Assembly (NCBI GenBank): GCA_964016885.1
Contig: OZ024754.1
Location: 37,386,001 to 37,450,000, forward strand
Length of the DNA: 64,000 bases
DNA from: Eledone cirrhosa
Lineage: Eukaryota
Reading direction: 5' to 3'
The position numbers and the translations under genes were made by a program. This document shows, piece by piece, positions 1 to 13,752 of the stretch; positions within the stretch are counted from its first letter, which is position 1; every line of letters starts with the position of its first letter. The notes beneath the pieces were generated by a model. It saw only the letters and a program-made list of their open reading frames with translations, searched no databases and was not told the DNA's origin.

Positions 1-191
1 CTATATATACTATTGTATTTTCACAGTAAAGGCTTTACCTCACATAATATCAAATCTATGAGATTTTGATACTGATTATTTTGAGAACAATACCTTAACA
101 TCAGTATGAGTGGCCAGTTATGATCAGTTTGAACAGAAAGAGGTGAGAGAATTCTAGCCGGATACGGCTGGTTTAAATGCTGAAGGGTTAA
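1..191 (-). mobile_element. piggyBac-like MITE (truncated by window edge)
   Basis: Ends ..TAAATGCTGAAGGG-TTAA; reverse complement of the 282-492 family. Confidence 0.75.
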
Positions 192-281
192 ATTGCTGGC
201 CTTGTGCCTGAAGTAAAAACAATTATTAATTTGGTGACTAAAACTATATATATGGAACCAAATACAATATGTTTACGGGTA

Positions 282-492
282 TTAACTCTTTAGCATTTAA
301 ACTGGCCATATCCAGCCAGAATTCTCTTACCTCTTTCTGTTCAAACCGGCCATAACTGGCCTCTCATACTGATGTTAAGGTATTGTTATCCAAATATATA
401 ATATCATAATCTCATAGATTCAACATTATGTGAGGTAAAGCCTTTACTGTGAAAATACAATAGTATATATATAGTAAACACTAAAGGGTTAA
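282..492 (+). mobile_element. piggyBac-like MITE
   Basis: TTAA flanks; family TIR CCCTTTAGCATTTA..TAAATGCTAAAGGG; several copies in window. Confidence 0.75.
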
Positions 493-1178
493 ACATACAT
501 GTAGTCTCACTGAAAATATTTTAAGCTGTGAATCACACTGTGTTAGTGCTATCATTGAATGATGTAATTGGGTATTGGCATAAACATTTGCAGATTAAAA
601 TCAGCAATACAAGGTATTAGAGGTGGGATGGAATAACAGGGCGGAGTCTGAATGCTTGTAATGTATAGAGTTTTGCTAAAGGTACTCAGACGAGATGAGA
701 GTGTTTCATGATAGTGGTGGGGCAGTGATCTGAATAGCTTTGCTAAACGTACTCTAGAGACCAGGTGAGAGTGTTTCACCTAGAGGTGTGATAAGCCTGC
801 CATTAAAAGTATTGGATCTGAAATGAGATTATGTGATAAAATTACATCAACTTTGCATCATTTACTCAAATGGTAAAATAACTACAAGCAATTGACTGTG
901 GTTGAAATAATCAACATTTTTTTTCTCCCCCCTACTTCATTAATGGGCCTTTTGGACAAGGAAGATAGCACATGTTCTTAAATATAACCAATATAATATT
1001 TTATTACACAACTTTAAAGGCTGTTGAACAAGTGGAAACCCCTCCAGCTTATTCAGATTCTTTGTAGGGTTCCAGTCACTTCACATATTCTGTGAGTACA
1101 GTTGGATAATCTCAAATATGACAAATTACCCCCCACCCCCCTTTTTTTGCCAGCTGAAAATCAAAATTTTCTTTCATT

Positions 1179-1738
1179 CTTTTACTGGTTTCAGTCATTA
1201 GACTGTGGCCATGCTGGGGCACCACACTCTGTTACTGGTTTCAGTCATTAAACTGTGGTCATGCTAGGGCTCCATATTCTTTTACTGGTCTCAGTCATTA
1301 GACTGTGGCCATGCTGGGGCACCACACTCTGTTACTGGTCTCAGTCATTAGACTGTGGCCATGCTGGGGCACCACACTCTGTTACTGGTCTCAGTCATTA
1401 GACTGTGGCCATGCTGGGGCACCACATTTTTTTTACTGGTTTCAGTCATTAGACTGTGACCATGCTGGGCACCACATTTTTTTTACTGGTTTCAGTCATT
1501 AGACTGTGGCCATGCTGGGGCACCACATTCTTGAACTGGTTTCAGTCATTAGACTGTGGCCATGCTGGGGCACCACATTCTTGAACTGGTTTCAGTCATT
1601 AAACTGTGGCCATGCTGGGGCACCACATTCTTGAACTGGTTTCAGTCATTAGACTGTGGCCATGCTGGGGCACCACATTCTTGAACTGGTTTCAGTCATT
1701 AGACTGTGGCCATGCTGGGGCACTACATTCTTTTACTG
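1179..1738. repeat. ~50-bp minisatellite, ~11 copies, apparently from a SINE 3' end
   Basis: Unit TTACTGGTTTCAGTCATTAGACTGTGGCCATGCTGGGGCACCACA.. Confidence 0.9.
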
Positions 1739-1913
1739 AATATTACTTGTCGCAGGAATGCTACTACTTAAAATAAAATTTCACCGGAGATAGGTTAGCA
1801 AAAATTTAATAAGCAGAGGGCTTGAAATAAAAGCAGGTTGTGGGGTTAGAAAAAATATATACATATATATATATACACACACACACGTGTGTGTGTATAT
1901 ATATATGTGTATC

Positions 1914-1981
1914 TCTATCTGACGACCGGTACAGACGTATATATTATTATCGTCTGGGATCCAGAAACCTTTGGTAATAGA
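1914..1981 (+). ncRNA. Type I hammerhead ribozyme motif (family D element, ~1911-2015)
   Basis: tctat-CTGACGA-[stem II cagacg/cgtctg]-GAAA-CC ttt GG-TA-ataga; predicted cleavage after GTA 1974-1976. Base of stem II is imperfect. Confidence 0.65.
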
Positions 1982-2016
1982 ATAGTTATATTTTGTGTTG
2001 TTCACTTTCTAATTAA

Positions 2017-2050
<34 letters not shown>

Positions 2051-2255
2051 GTGTATATGTATATATATATGTGTATATATATATATATGTGTGTCTGTAT
2101 ATATATGTATAAATATGTGTGTATATATATATGTGTGTGCATGTGAGTATATATATATGTGTGTGCATGTGAGTGTGTGTATATATATATGTATGTATAT
2201 ATATATATGTATGTATGTATGTATATATGTATATATATATATAATATATATATAT

Positions 2256-2605
2256 GGAGGCACATGGCTTAGTGGTTAGAGCATTGGCCTTGCAATCAAA
2301 AGGTTGTGAGTTCAATTCTCAGACTGGGTGATGTGTTGTTTCCTTGAGCAAGACACTTTATTTCACATTGCTCCAGTTTACTCAGCTGTAGAAATGAGAT
2401 GATAGGGACTGGGGTCCCTATCATTCCACTGTAAAGTGGTCGTGGAGGTGCTACGGCAAAAAAGCACCCAGCACTCACTGTAAATGAGGTTAGTGTTAGG
2501 AAGGGCATCCAGCTGTAGAAATCAAGTCAGAATCAGTTCCCGTCCCACCCTTGCAAGCAGGGAAAAAGCAGACGTAAAATGAAATGATGATGAATGATGA
2601 ATGAT
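2256..2605 (+). mobile_element. tRNA-derived SINE with RTE-derived 3' tail
   Basis: A box TGGCTTAGTGG, B-box-like GAGTTCAATTC; tail identical to the RTE 3' end at 3545-3595; (TGA)n end. Near-identical copies at 12770-13113 and 40135-40470. Confidence 0.85.
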
Positions 2606-3490
2606 GCATATATATCGCTTGATCAGTAAATATTATAAATATATAGCATTTGATGTACGTGAAATGAAAAAGTGTTTGATAAATTTTCCATTTGATGTTC
2701 TAATCAATATTACTTCTTTCAGTTCATCTAACATCTAGGAAAATATATTTTATATGTTTCATTGAGAAAAGTTTGATTTTCAGTGAACTTTATAAAATTT
2801 AACCATTAAAATGTAAACATGATTAATTACACAACCCCTTTAATCATTCATTGTGACCTATTTAGGGAAGGGCCAGATTTTCACCTGGTGAGGCTATAAG
2901 CTATATGAAATTTGAGGCCCTTCTCTAGAAAAATATTATTAGTTTTTTTTTATATTACTCTTAATTATAAGGGATGAATAATATAGATTGTTGATGAATA
3001 TATATAGATTGTTGGTCTGTAGGTGTCCGTGTGGGTAGTAGTAGTGTATCTATGCATGCTTTATGTATGTATAGATTGGGGGTAGGGTTTCAATCTTCTT
3101 TATTTAAAATTTACTCACTGTAAATGAGGTTGGTGTTAGGAAGGGCGTCCAGCTGTAGAAATCAAGCCAGAATCAGTTCCCGTCCCACCCTTGCAAGCAG
3201 GGAAAAAGCGGATGTAAAATGAGATGATGATGATGATGATATATATATGTGTGTATATGTATATATGTATATATATGTATATATGTGTGTATATGTATAT
3301 ATATGTATATATATATGTATATATATGTGTATATATATATGTATATATATGTGTGTGTGTGTATGTATATATTCTAATAAGAAACGAGCTTGGTTGTAGT
3401 GCCGTGATTTGAGCGTGGTATGGGTCGATGAGTGCTCCTCTACGGAAGTAAGAGTTATCAGAAGACTTACCAGTGTTCGGATCTAGCTAT

Positions 3491-3596
3491 GGAGGAGATG
3501 ACAAAGGACTGTGACGGGTGGAGAGATGCTGTGCTGAATAAGACCCGTCCCACCCTTGCAAGCAGGGAAAAGCGGACGTAAAATGATGATGATGAT
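3491..3596 (+). mobile_element. RTE LINE 3' end (5'-truncated)
   Basis: Encodes EEMTKDCDGWRDAVLN.., followed by 3' UTR and (TGA)n. Confidence 0.75.
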
Positions 3597-3600
3597 ATAT

Positions 3601-3837
3601 ATCATCATCATCATCATTTTACGTCTGCTTTTCCCTGCTTGCAAGGGTTGGACGGGTCCTATTCAGCACAGCATCTCTCCACCCATCACGGTCCTTTGTC
3701 ATCTCCTCCGTGAGCTTCAGCGATCTGAGGTCTGCTCTCACTACCACCGCCCATGTTTTTCGTGATCTTCTACTACTGCGTCTTCCTTCTGCTGCGATTT
3801 CTTGGCACTTCTTTAGCCAGCGGTCATCTTTCATGTG

Positions 3838-3843
<6 letters not shown>
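3601..3843 (-). mobile_element. RTE LINE 3' end (5'-truncated)
   Basis: MHMKDDRWLKK..GRRSSRRSRKTW..DL..MTKDRDGWR is typical of the RTE ORF C-terminus; (TGA)n tail. Confidence 0.8.
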
Positions 3844-3868
<25 letters not shown>

Positions 3869-3872
<4 letters not shown>

Positions 3873-3955
3873 AACGAGTAGGACCCCGACGGCTGAGCTC
3901 AAGCCGTTTCAACGGCTAATGGTCCATCTGTTTCCTTACCACATTTCCTTCGTTA
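3869..3955 (+). mobile_element. Short fold-back element, family A (collapsed copy), in (TA)n
   Basis: Inverted arm fused directly to the distal tail of the 33801-33994 family. Confidence 0.7.
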
Positions 3956-4217
3956 TATATATATATATATTGGAAAATTTGTGAAATCCTTGGTACACTT
4001 AGGTATATTTTAAAAAAGGAAAAGAATGACTTCACATGTAGTTCTAAACAATTTAATTTAATTTTATAATATTATGATTTTACAATTTGATTTTGTAGAA
4101 GGAGAAAGAAAGTTTGACATGTCGGGTTTTAGCCCTTCTTCGGGAGTACAAAAATAGAGACAGGATCACAAAGGATAGAACAGAAAATAAAATATATATA
4201 TATATATATATATATTA

Positions 4218-4795
4218 TCATCATCATCATCATCGTTTAACGTCAATCTTCCACGCTTGCATGGGTTTGGACGGGAGTTTTCCCACTTGAGGCAAGATTG
4301 GTTATCCTGCTCGTATAGGGCTGTCTGGTGGGTTTTCTACGGCTGGATGCCCTTCCTAACACCAACCACGTTTACAGTGTGGACTGGGAGGTTTTTACCG
4401 TGTTACCTACATGGCCACATTACAGCGTGGATTGTGTGTTTTTTTGTCATGACACCTACACGTCTGGCGGGTTTTCTATGGCTGGATGCCCTTCCCAACA
4501 CCAACAGCATTTACAGTGTGTACTGGGAGGTTTTTACCGTGTTACCTACACGGCCACATTACAGCGTGGACTGTGTGTTTTTTTGTCATGACACCTACAC
4601 GACCTCATTTATTTCGGACTGGATGTTGTGGTACCAACATACTTCACATTTAAGGGGGTGGTGTGGATGGGGTGGGTGTGGATGGGGTGGGCGTAGTGGG
4701 ACGGGGGTGTATTTTGTTAGAGGTGCCTACTGACTGTAGGTTTCGCTTTGTACTTAGGCAAGGCGGGTCTTCTGTATAACTTTGTAGCGCCAAAG
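4218..4795 (-). mobile_element. Non-autonomous RTE-related retroelement with internal duplication
   Basis: (TGA)n tail and GGAAGGGCATCCAGCCGTAGAAAA motif on the minus strand; same family as 7866, 27125 and 53105. Confidence 0.7.
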
Positions 4796-4849
4796 ATATA
4801 TGTATATATACGATATTAATAAATGGAAACTATATTTATAAACCATATT

Positions 4850-4914
4850 TATTTCATTATACATATTTCAAGGACACCAAGTTAAATTATGGTGTGCTTT
4901 CATCAGACAAAATA
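4850..4914 (-). ncRNA. Minimal type I hammerhead motif (family E element, ~4810-4992)
   Basis: Minus strand: tattttgt-CTGATGA-aagcacacca..tggtgtcctt-GAAA-T atgt A-TA-atgaaata. Confidence 0.7.
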
Positions 4915-4992
4915 TAATATAGATCAGTTTTATAAATAAATATTGACATACCCTTAAAAAATGCAACCATCACTGTTGGAAGCTCCCGGATT

Positions 4993-6053
<1,061 letters not shown>

Positions 6054-6339
6054 TCAACTACAAGTAGCCAATTAAAATACCTTTTATAAAAGGCATGAGA
6101 ATGTTTGAAAGAAAAGCACTCTCGCACTTCAAACGATTACTCTCCTTTCCATAGTTGCTTTGTAGTCCATATATTTACTATGCGTAAATTTAAAAATAAC
6201 CTAGCTTCTCTTCAATCATTCTCTTTCATTTTAATGATCATAGCACTTTTATCATCAAACTCTTTTTCGGAATCTAATAAACAGTTTATATAATCTCAAC
6301 ATACAACACACTGCGTCTTTATTTAAATATATTCCAGCA

Positions 6340-6533
6340 TGCTAAGAGTGGCTTTGAATGTAACTTGAAGAGTGACTGTATGGGAACCTTCCTCCAGTAT
6401 CAGACATCATCAAAGAGTGTAGAGTTAGATTCACAGGACATTATTGGAAGCCTAAACATGCAATCACGCTTATCAACAGACGCCATGTATATATGTATAT
6501 ATATATATGTGTTATATATGAACAATTATTAAT

Positions 6534-6571
<38 letters not shown>

Positions 6572-7040
6572 CCCATGCTAGCGTGGAAGATGGACTTAAA
6601 CGAAGATGATGATGATGATGAAGGCCATCCATTGGAACTATAGATATAATTATATGAATTCCGTAACGTAATTTCACATTCTTTGAAACACAAATACAAA
6701 TACACACAGAGAAACATATAATTTAAATGTACAACACACTACATTTTTATTTAAATATATTCCAACATGCTAACATGGCTTTGATTTTAACTTGAAGTGC
6801 GACTGTATGGGAACCTTCGTCCAATATCAGACATCATCAAAGAGTGTAGAGTTAGATTCACAGGACATTATTGGAAGCCTAAAGACGAAATTGTTAGTGA
6901 AGTACTTTTATGGGAGCCTACACAAGGAAGAGTTATCAGAAGATAAGCCAAACCTTATATCAAGCAGATTTGTAATGACATAAACTGCAATTATTCTGAC
7001 TTGCAGAATACGATGAACAAAAGAATTGGATGGCGACAAG
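6340..7040 (+). mobile_element. Degenerate RTE LINE ORF C-terminus, partly duplicated (6297-6455 vs 6727-6882)
   Basis: LYGNL.P.SDIIKECRVRFTGHYWKPKDEIVSEVLLWEPTQGR..MNKRIGWR, with a stop codon. Confidence 0.75.
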
Positions 7041-7865
7041 GGGGATCCGAACAAGCAGTACAACCTATTGATTGATAATAAATGTAATTAAAGTGGGATT
7101 TTGATTGATTTCTTTTGTGGAACAGCTATTTGGTTATACAGAGAGGAAATCTGTTGCTCTTAAGGTTCCTATTGGTTAATTTCATTGAAGCAGATAATTT
7201 TCTTTCAGTTATTCTATGGTATAACTTTGATAATTTTAATAGGTTTCGGCCAGTATTGGCCTAGGCCATGTCTAACTTAATAGTATAGCTTAGGTTTAGT
7301 TATGATGGCAGCTTCTCTGATTATTGTATTGCATATGATATCAGTTTTAAGATTATTCTGTAATGATATTACATTACAACTAATATTGCACTCAACAAGT
7401 AAGTTCAGTTTACTGTTCAAGTGTATACCAACCAACCCACCCACCGACCGACCAACCCACCAACCGACCCACCCACCAACCAACCCACCGACCAAGAGTT
7501 GGATTTATCCGGGGGAACAGCCATGGGTCCCTCAAAGCTGAACTGCTCCAGGACCCCCAAGATCTAAATATAGCTCTTTGAGTGATTTAATTAATTTGTT
7601 GTATCATCGTTTACCAACCAGAACCACCAGTTCTACCTGTTGGTAAACAGTCTAATATAAATTAAAAAGAAGTCACCAGCCATTGCTACAATGACAGCTT
7701 CTTTTTCAGTCTTTAAGGATCTTCACCCTATTTTATTAGCTAATTTATAGCATAATCGCTTCATTCTTTATATTAACTTTATCCTCTCAACACTTCGTAA
7801 AAATCAAAGAGATCAGCTACGTATACATGATGTTTGTCCATCCATCCATCCATCCATCCATCCAT

Positions 7866-8995
7866 ATCCTCATCCTCATCATCAGGTTTAGCGTCCGTGT
7901 TCCACGCTTGCATGGGTTTGGACGGGGGTTTTCCCACTTGAGGCAAGAGTGGTTGTCTTGCTCGCATAGGACTGTCTGGCGGGTTTTCTACAGTTGGATG
8001 CCCTTCCTAACACCAACCACATTTACAGTGTGGGGCTGGGAGGTTTTTACCGTGTTGCCTACACGGCCACATTACAGCGTGGACTGTCTGGCGGGTTTTC
8101 TACAGCTGGATGCCCTTCCTAACACCAACCACATTTACAGTGTGGGGCTGGGAGGTTTTTACCGTGTTGCCTACACGGCCACATTACAGCGTGGACTGTC
8201 TGGCGGGTTTTCTACAGCTGGATGCCCTTCCTAACACCAACCACATTTACAGTGTGGGGCTGGGAGGTTTTTACCGTGTTGCCTACACGGCCACATTACA
8301 GCGTGGACTGTCTGGCGGGTTTTCTACAGCTGGATGCCCTTCCTAACACCAACCACATTTACAGTGTGGGGCTGGGAGGTTTTTACCGTGTTGCCTACAC
8401 GGCCACATTACAGCGTGGACTGTCTGGCGGGTTTTCTACAGCTGGATGCCCTTCCTAACACCAACCACATTTACAGTGTGGGGCTGGGAGGTTTTTACCG
8501 TGTTGCCTACACGGCCACATTACAGCGTGGACTGTCTGGCGGGTTTTCTACAGCTGGATGCCCTTCCTAACACCAACCACATTTACAGTGTGGGGCTGGG
8601 AGGTTTTTACCGTGTTGCCTACACGGCCACATTACAGCGTGGACTGTCTGGCGGGTTTTCTACAGCTGGATGCCCTTCCTAACACCAACCACATTTACAG
8701 TGTGGGGCTGGGAGGTTTTTACCGTGTTGCCTACACGGCCACATTACAGCGTGGACTGTCTGGCGGGTTTTCTACAGCTGGATGCCCTTCCTAACACCAA
8801 CCACATTTACAGTGTGGGGCTGGGAGGTTTTTACCGTGTTGCCTACACGGCCACATTTACAGCGTGGACTGTGTGTTTTTTTGTCGTGACACCTACACGA
8901 TCTCATTTGTTTCGGCCTGGATGTTGTGGGACCAACATAACTTTACATTGAAAGGGGCGGTGTGGATGGGGTGGAGGTGGTGGGACGGGGGTGTG
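7866..8995 (-). mobile_element. RTE-related non-autonomous element containing a 112-bp tandem array (~8 near-identical copies, ~7970-8870)
   Basis: Identical ORFs recur every 112 bp (8110, 8222, ... 8670). Confidence 0.88.
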
Positions 8996-9214
8996 TTATA
9001 TATATATATATACATAATCATCATCATCATCGTTTAACATCCATCTTCCATGCTAGCACGGGTTAGACGGTTTTGTTCTATTTGACGCAGGAATGGTCGG
9101 GAGACCGTGTCTCGCTTGTACGGAAGTGTCTCTGGGAGGTTTTCTACGGCTGGATGCCCTTCCTAACACTAACCACATTTCCAGTGTGGACATATATATA
9201 TATATATATATATA

Positions 9215-9454
9215 CATCTTAGGTATTTCCGAAGAAAAAGCAAAGGAAAAAAGAGTGCTCTATGTATAGAACAGAGCTATTTAATTAGAAAGTGAACAAC
9301 ACAATATATAACTACTTCATTACCAAAGGTTTCAGGACCCTAGACAATATTAATATATGTCTAGATCGTTCATCAGACTAGACATATGTTAATATTGTCT
9401 GGGATCCTGAAACCTTTGGTAATGGAGTAGCTATATATTGTGTTGTTAACTTTC

Positions 9455-9460
<6 letters not shown>
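9215..9460 (-). mobile_element. Fold-back element family D with hammerhead motif (~9312-9376, minus), between (TA)n tracts
   Basis: Inverted arms ~9282-9364 / 9379-9460. Minus strand reads CTGATGA-stem II-GAAACCtttGGTA-atgaag. Confidence 0.75.
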
Positions 9461-9513
<53 letters not shown>

Positions 9514-9515
<2 letters not shown>

Positions 9516-9748
9516 GAAAATATTTAACCCCGACGGCAGAGCTCAAGCCGTTTCGACGGCTATTTCTGGACTAAATTAGAATTTTTATTTAGTCCTGAAT
9601 TCTAATTTAGTCTAGAAATAGCTGTTGGAACGGCTTGAGCTCTGCCGTCGGGGTTAAATATTTTCCTATTACCCACTCTACTACCCTAAGTATTGAGTAC
9701 TCTGGTGCGTTATGGTCCATCTGGTTCCTTGCCACATCTCCTTCGTTA
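9514..9748 (+). mobile_element. Fold-back element family A in (TA)n
   Basis: Arms ~9515-9583 / 9597-9666 plus the shared tail ACCCACTCTACTACCCTAAGTATTGAGTAC..CCTTCGTTA. Confidence 0.8.
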
Positions 9749-10402
9749 TTATATATATATATATTATAAATTTCTATCTCTATCTCTTGCTGCACCCCCC
9801 CCCTCCCCCTCAGTCGTAATATAAGTTTACTGCAGATACATGCACATGGAGATTTGAATTCACTAGCAACAAATGAAAGTATTAGTCATCATCCAATTGG
9901 AGTCAGTTCATAACATCTACTAATCCATGACAATGACCTAGTCCATAGCCATTTATTTTGTTGCTAAATAATTGCAATGAGTAACTATAGAAAATGGTAA
10001 CAATGACAACACCCAACTGTCACAACCTGTTCTCTTTTCTGTAGTTATATTTAAGATATTTATATATCAAGGTTACATCTTAAAAGGTTATGGGGAAAGG
10101 TTATGGACAAAGTAGATCACAGGCTTTGTGGAGACTTTTATTTTTTTTAAACTATTTTTGTTTCTGTTATTCAACAATGGATCAGGCAGTAATATTTATT
10201 TTAAAATAGATATAACAAGAAAAAAAAAATAAAATAAAATAAAGAGAACTGGAATTGTGAACATTTTCTTTTCTCATCCTACACTGAATGTTGACTTTTA
10301 AATCTGCATGATTTTAACCTTAAACTAATTTATTATGGAAACATTTTATATGACCAGGAAACATCTAGATGATAATTAATTTCCTTTTTTATTCTATTTC
10401 AG

Positions 10403-10433
10403 GCTAAGGATCTCACGCCTAAACAACGTGAAG
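10403..10433 (+). CDS. Exon (calmodulin exon-2 equivalent) of a squidulin-like calmodulin-family EF-hand gene; AKDLTPKQRE(E)
   Basis: Polypyrimidine tract + ttcAG acceptor and GTAAG donor. 31 nt, phase 0/1, the same size and phase as exon 2 of metazoan calmodulin genes. Joins in frame to 41972. Confidence 0.85.
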
Positions 10434-11339
10434 GTAAGCTAAAAAAATTACGTTTTTTTTTCAAGAATCCTTTGTCCCTCGCCACCAAAACAAATCCTCT
10501 AAAATCTCCTGAACCTTTTGAAAGATGTTATATCATGTGACTGTGACATTCCACTAAATATAACAAAAATGTAAAATAGCTGTGTGAACTGAAATATTTT
10601 GTTATTCACATGAATAACATAGTTAGTGATAATAGTAACTGTTAGTGACTAACACAACGCGATTCATGACAAAGGTACTTATCAACTCGTACACATCATC
10701 ATCATCCTTTTGACTTCAGAGTCGGGCCAGATCAATACAGATCGAACCTTGAGCTGATCAATAGCAAAACGCGCGTCACCAATCAATAAACGTAATGAAA
10801 GCTTAACAAATTTTAAACCTTTATGATCTGAGTTTAAATCCTGCCGAGGTTAACTTTGCCTTTCATCCTTACGGGTTTGATAAAATAAAGTACCAGTCAT
10901 GCACTGGGTCTTGTGTCTATATAAGAAACCATTATATGTATTGCAATCTGTGGTCATATCACAGTTATCTCAAATTTGATCTTGAATCAGCAAGAAAAGT
11001 AGATATCCCTTCAACAGCCTCATGTAGAGTCAAGTAGAGTCAGTATAGCATACTATGACAAGGCTGCACTTTTGAATTACAGGTTCAGTCCATTTAAAGA
11101 TATCTTCCTATGGTTTGATCCCTTCTCATCCTCTTTGCTGAGGGTCAGGGACCATGGATAATTGCACCATTGCTCATCATCATCATCATCCTTTTAGGTC
11201 CGCTTTTCCCTGCTTGCAAGGGTGGGACGGTTCCTATTCAGCACAGCATCTCTCCATTCGTTATGGTCCTTCATCATCTATATGATAATGTATGTCCATG
11301 ATTCTCATCTGGAAAAAGTGATGTCAGTGTGTCTCGAAT

Positions 11340-11525
11340 GCTCAACTGACCATTACTTAGAAGCAGGCGCTGAGCTAGCCAACTGCAGGTATGAACCTCG
11401 CGAGTTGGAATGGCTCTTCCAGCGCATCTCCCTTACCATCCTCTGGGCAAATGCCTTCTCCATCCTGTCCGCTGGGGCTGTGGGGAGGCCAGCACATGGG
11501 ACCCCATTTGCTCACCATACGGATT
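11340..11525 (+). mobile_element. CRE-like (RLE-type) non-LTR retrotransposon 3' fragment
   Basis: EPRELEWLFQRISLTILWANAFSILS resembles the CRE C-terminal QRISVAIQRGNA.SIL motif; second copy at 26140-26365. Confidence 0.65.
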
Positions 11526-12769
11526 AATAGGCAAAGTTATAAACTATTGTAAATAAATGTTTGTGAATCATATAATAAACACAACATATATGCTACCCAG
11601 CTACATCTCATCTGACATCATCACAAGAATGAAGCCATTGACAACTTGAAAGGTGACTAAGGAATCCTTCATAATCTGGTTTTGAAATTAGTGTGATCCT
11701 TCTCTATTACTATAACATATATTTCACAGCAAAATTCCTATCAAAGACAATATAGACATTGACAATCACGTCAGATTAAATTAAATAAAAGAATCTCAAA
11801 CCTTTATCATCACCAAAATGTAGTCAAAATGGCACAAACTCAAAATGTTCTCCGTTTGACTGTTAAGCTTATGGCCAGGTTTCACTTTATATACCAAGTA
11901 CCATACATCCTGTACAAACAATGGCCTCATAACAATAACTTGTATGATGCTTACGAGATGGTCAGAAATTTGAGCATTGGCCAATTGCAGCTTCCTTAAT
12001 TATTTCTCATGGTAATTATTTATTAATAAAGACATAGTTAATTAAAAGAATATATGGTTAATTGTCATTATATATATTGGTTTAAATCTCGCCGAGATTA
12101 ACTTTGCCTTTCATCCTTACGGGGTCGGTAAAATAAAGTACCAGTAATGCACTGGGATAATTGCTGGCCTTGTGCCAATAGTAGAAACAATTATATATAT
12201 TAGAGTGCATAACCAGAGAAAAATATCAGGTGATTGTATGTATACACTTGGTGACCTACATGATAAACATCCAGTACACTCTGTAAAGTGGTTGGTGATA
12301 GGGAGGGCATCCAGTCATAGAAAGCTTTTGCCAAAAAAAAAAAAAAAGAAATGGGAGAGCCCTTCACTTGTGTCAAGGACATGACACCCTCCCTAGTGTT
12401 GGTGATCTACAAGATAAACACCCAGTACATTCTGTAAAGTGGTTGGTGATAGAAAAGGCATTCAGTCATAGAAAGCTTGCCAAACAAAGGGTCGAGAGTA
12501 CCCTTCACTTGTGTTAGAGACATGACAACCTCTCCAGTGCTGATGCAACAATAAAATGCACTCAGTAGAATGTTGAGCCATATATAAGTGAGATGCAGAG
12601 CCCTGGCCTCTCTGGGAGGTCAGTAGCCCCACTTCAGTACTGACATGATCTGTGAAGACAGGTCCAACACTTGTTAGCAGTGAAAGCAGACATTAAATGA
12701 TGATGATCATCATTTATGTATATGTATGGTCTTTGCATTTATTATTAGTACTACTATATATCATCATCA

Positions 12770-13113
12770 TCATCATCATCATCATTTTACGTCCGCTTTT
12801 CCCTGCTTGCAAGGGTGGAACAGGAACTGATTCTGGCTTGATTTCTACAGCTGGATGCCCTTCCTAACACCAACCTCATTTACAGTGAGTGCTGGGTTCT
12901 TTTTTGCCGTGGCACCTCCACGACCACTTTGCAGTGGAATGATAGGGACTGGAACCTCAGTCCCTATCATCTCATTTCTACAGCTGAGTAAACTGGAGCA
13001 ATGTGAAATAAAGTGTCTTGCTCAAGGAAACAAAACATCACCCGGTCTGAGAATTGAACTCACAACCTTTCGATTGCAAGGCCAATGCTCTAACCACTAA
13101 GCCATGTGCCTCC
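12770..13113 (-). mobile_element. tRNA-derived SINE with RTE tail
   Basis: Reverse complement of the 2256-2605 family. Confidence 0.85.
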
Positions 13114-13135
13114 ATATATATGTATGTATATATAT

Positions 13136-13752
13136 ACATCGTTTAAAATCCATTTTTCATGATAGCATGAGTAGGACGGGCTGTCCCATTGTGACAGATC
13201 AGGTTGGAGGATTGTGTTTCACTCACACACAACTGATTTTGGCTTGGTTTCTACAGCAGGATGCCCTTCCTAATGCCAACCACATTTCAGTGTGTGTTGG
13301 GTGCTTTTTGTCATGACACCTACACGACCACTTTACAGTGTGGACTGGACACTTTTGTTGTGACACCTACATGGCCACTTTACAGTGTGGACTGGGTGCT
13401 ATTTGTCATGACACCTACACGACCACTTTACAGTGTGGACTGGAAACTTTTGTCATGACACCTACACGACCACTTTACAGTGTGGACTGGGTGCTATTTC
13501 TCATGACACCTACACGACCACTTTACAGTGTGGACTGGGTGCTATTTGTCATGACACCTACACGACCACTTTACAGTGTGGACTGGACACTTTTGTTGCG
13601 ACACCTACATGGCCACTTTACAGTGTGGACTGGGTGCTATTTGTCATGACACCTACACGACCACTTAACAGTATGGACTGGGTCCTTTTTGTCGTGAGAC
13701 GTACATGACCACTTTACAGTGTGGACTGGACACTTTTGTCATGACACCTACA
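13136..13752 (-). mobile_element. RTE-related element with 47-48-bp minisatellite (~9 units)
   Basis: Unit ACGACCACTTTACAGTGTGGACTGGGTGCT.TTTGTCATGACACCTAC. Confidence 0.85.

Noticed and set aside
868-880. ATG|GT candidates for the ATG-only first exon (also ~9994)
   Set aside because: Weak donors (GTAAAA, GTAACA) and no promoter evidence; exon 1 cannot be placed.
2256-2330. Possible tRNA genes (also 13040-13113, 32627, 40135, 46975, 56528)
   Set aside because: A/B boxes continue into SINE bodies; no complete cloverleaf.
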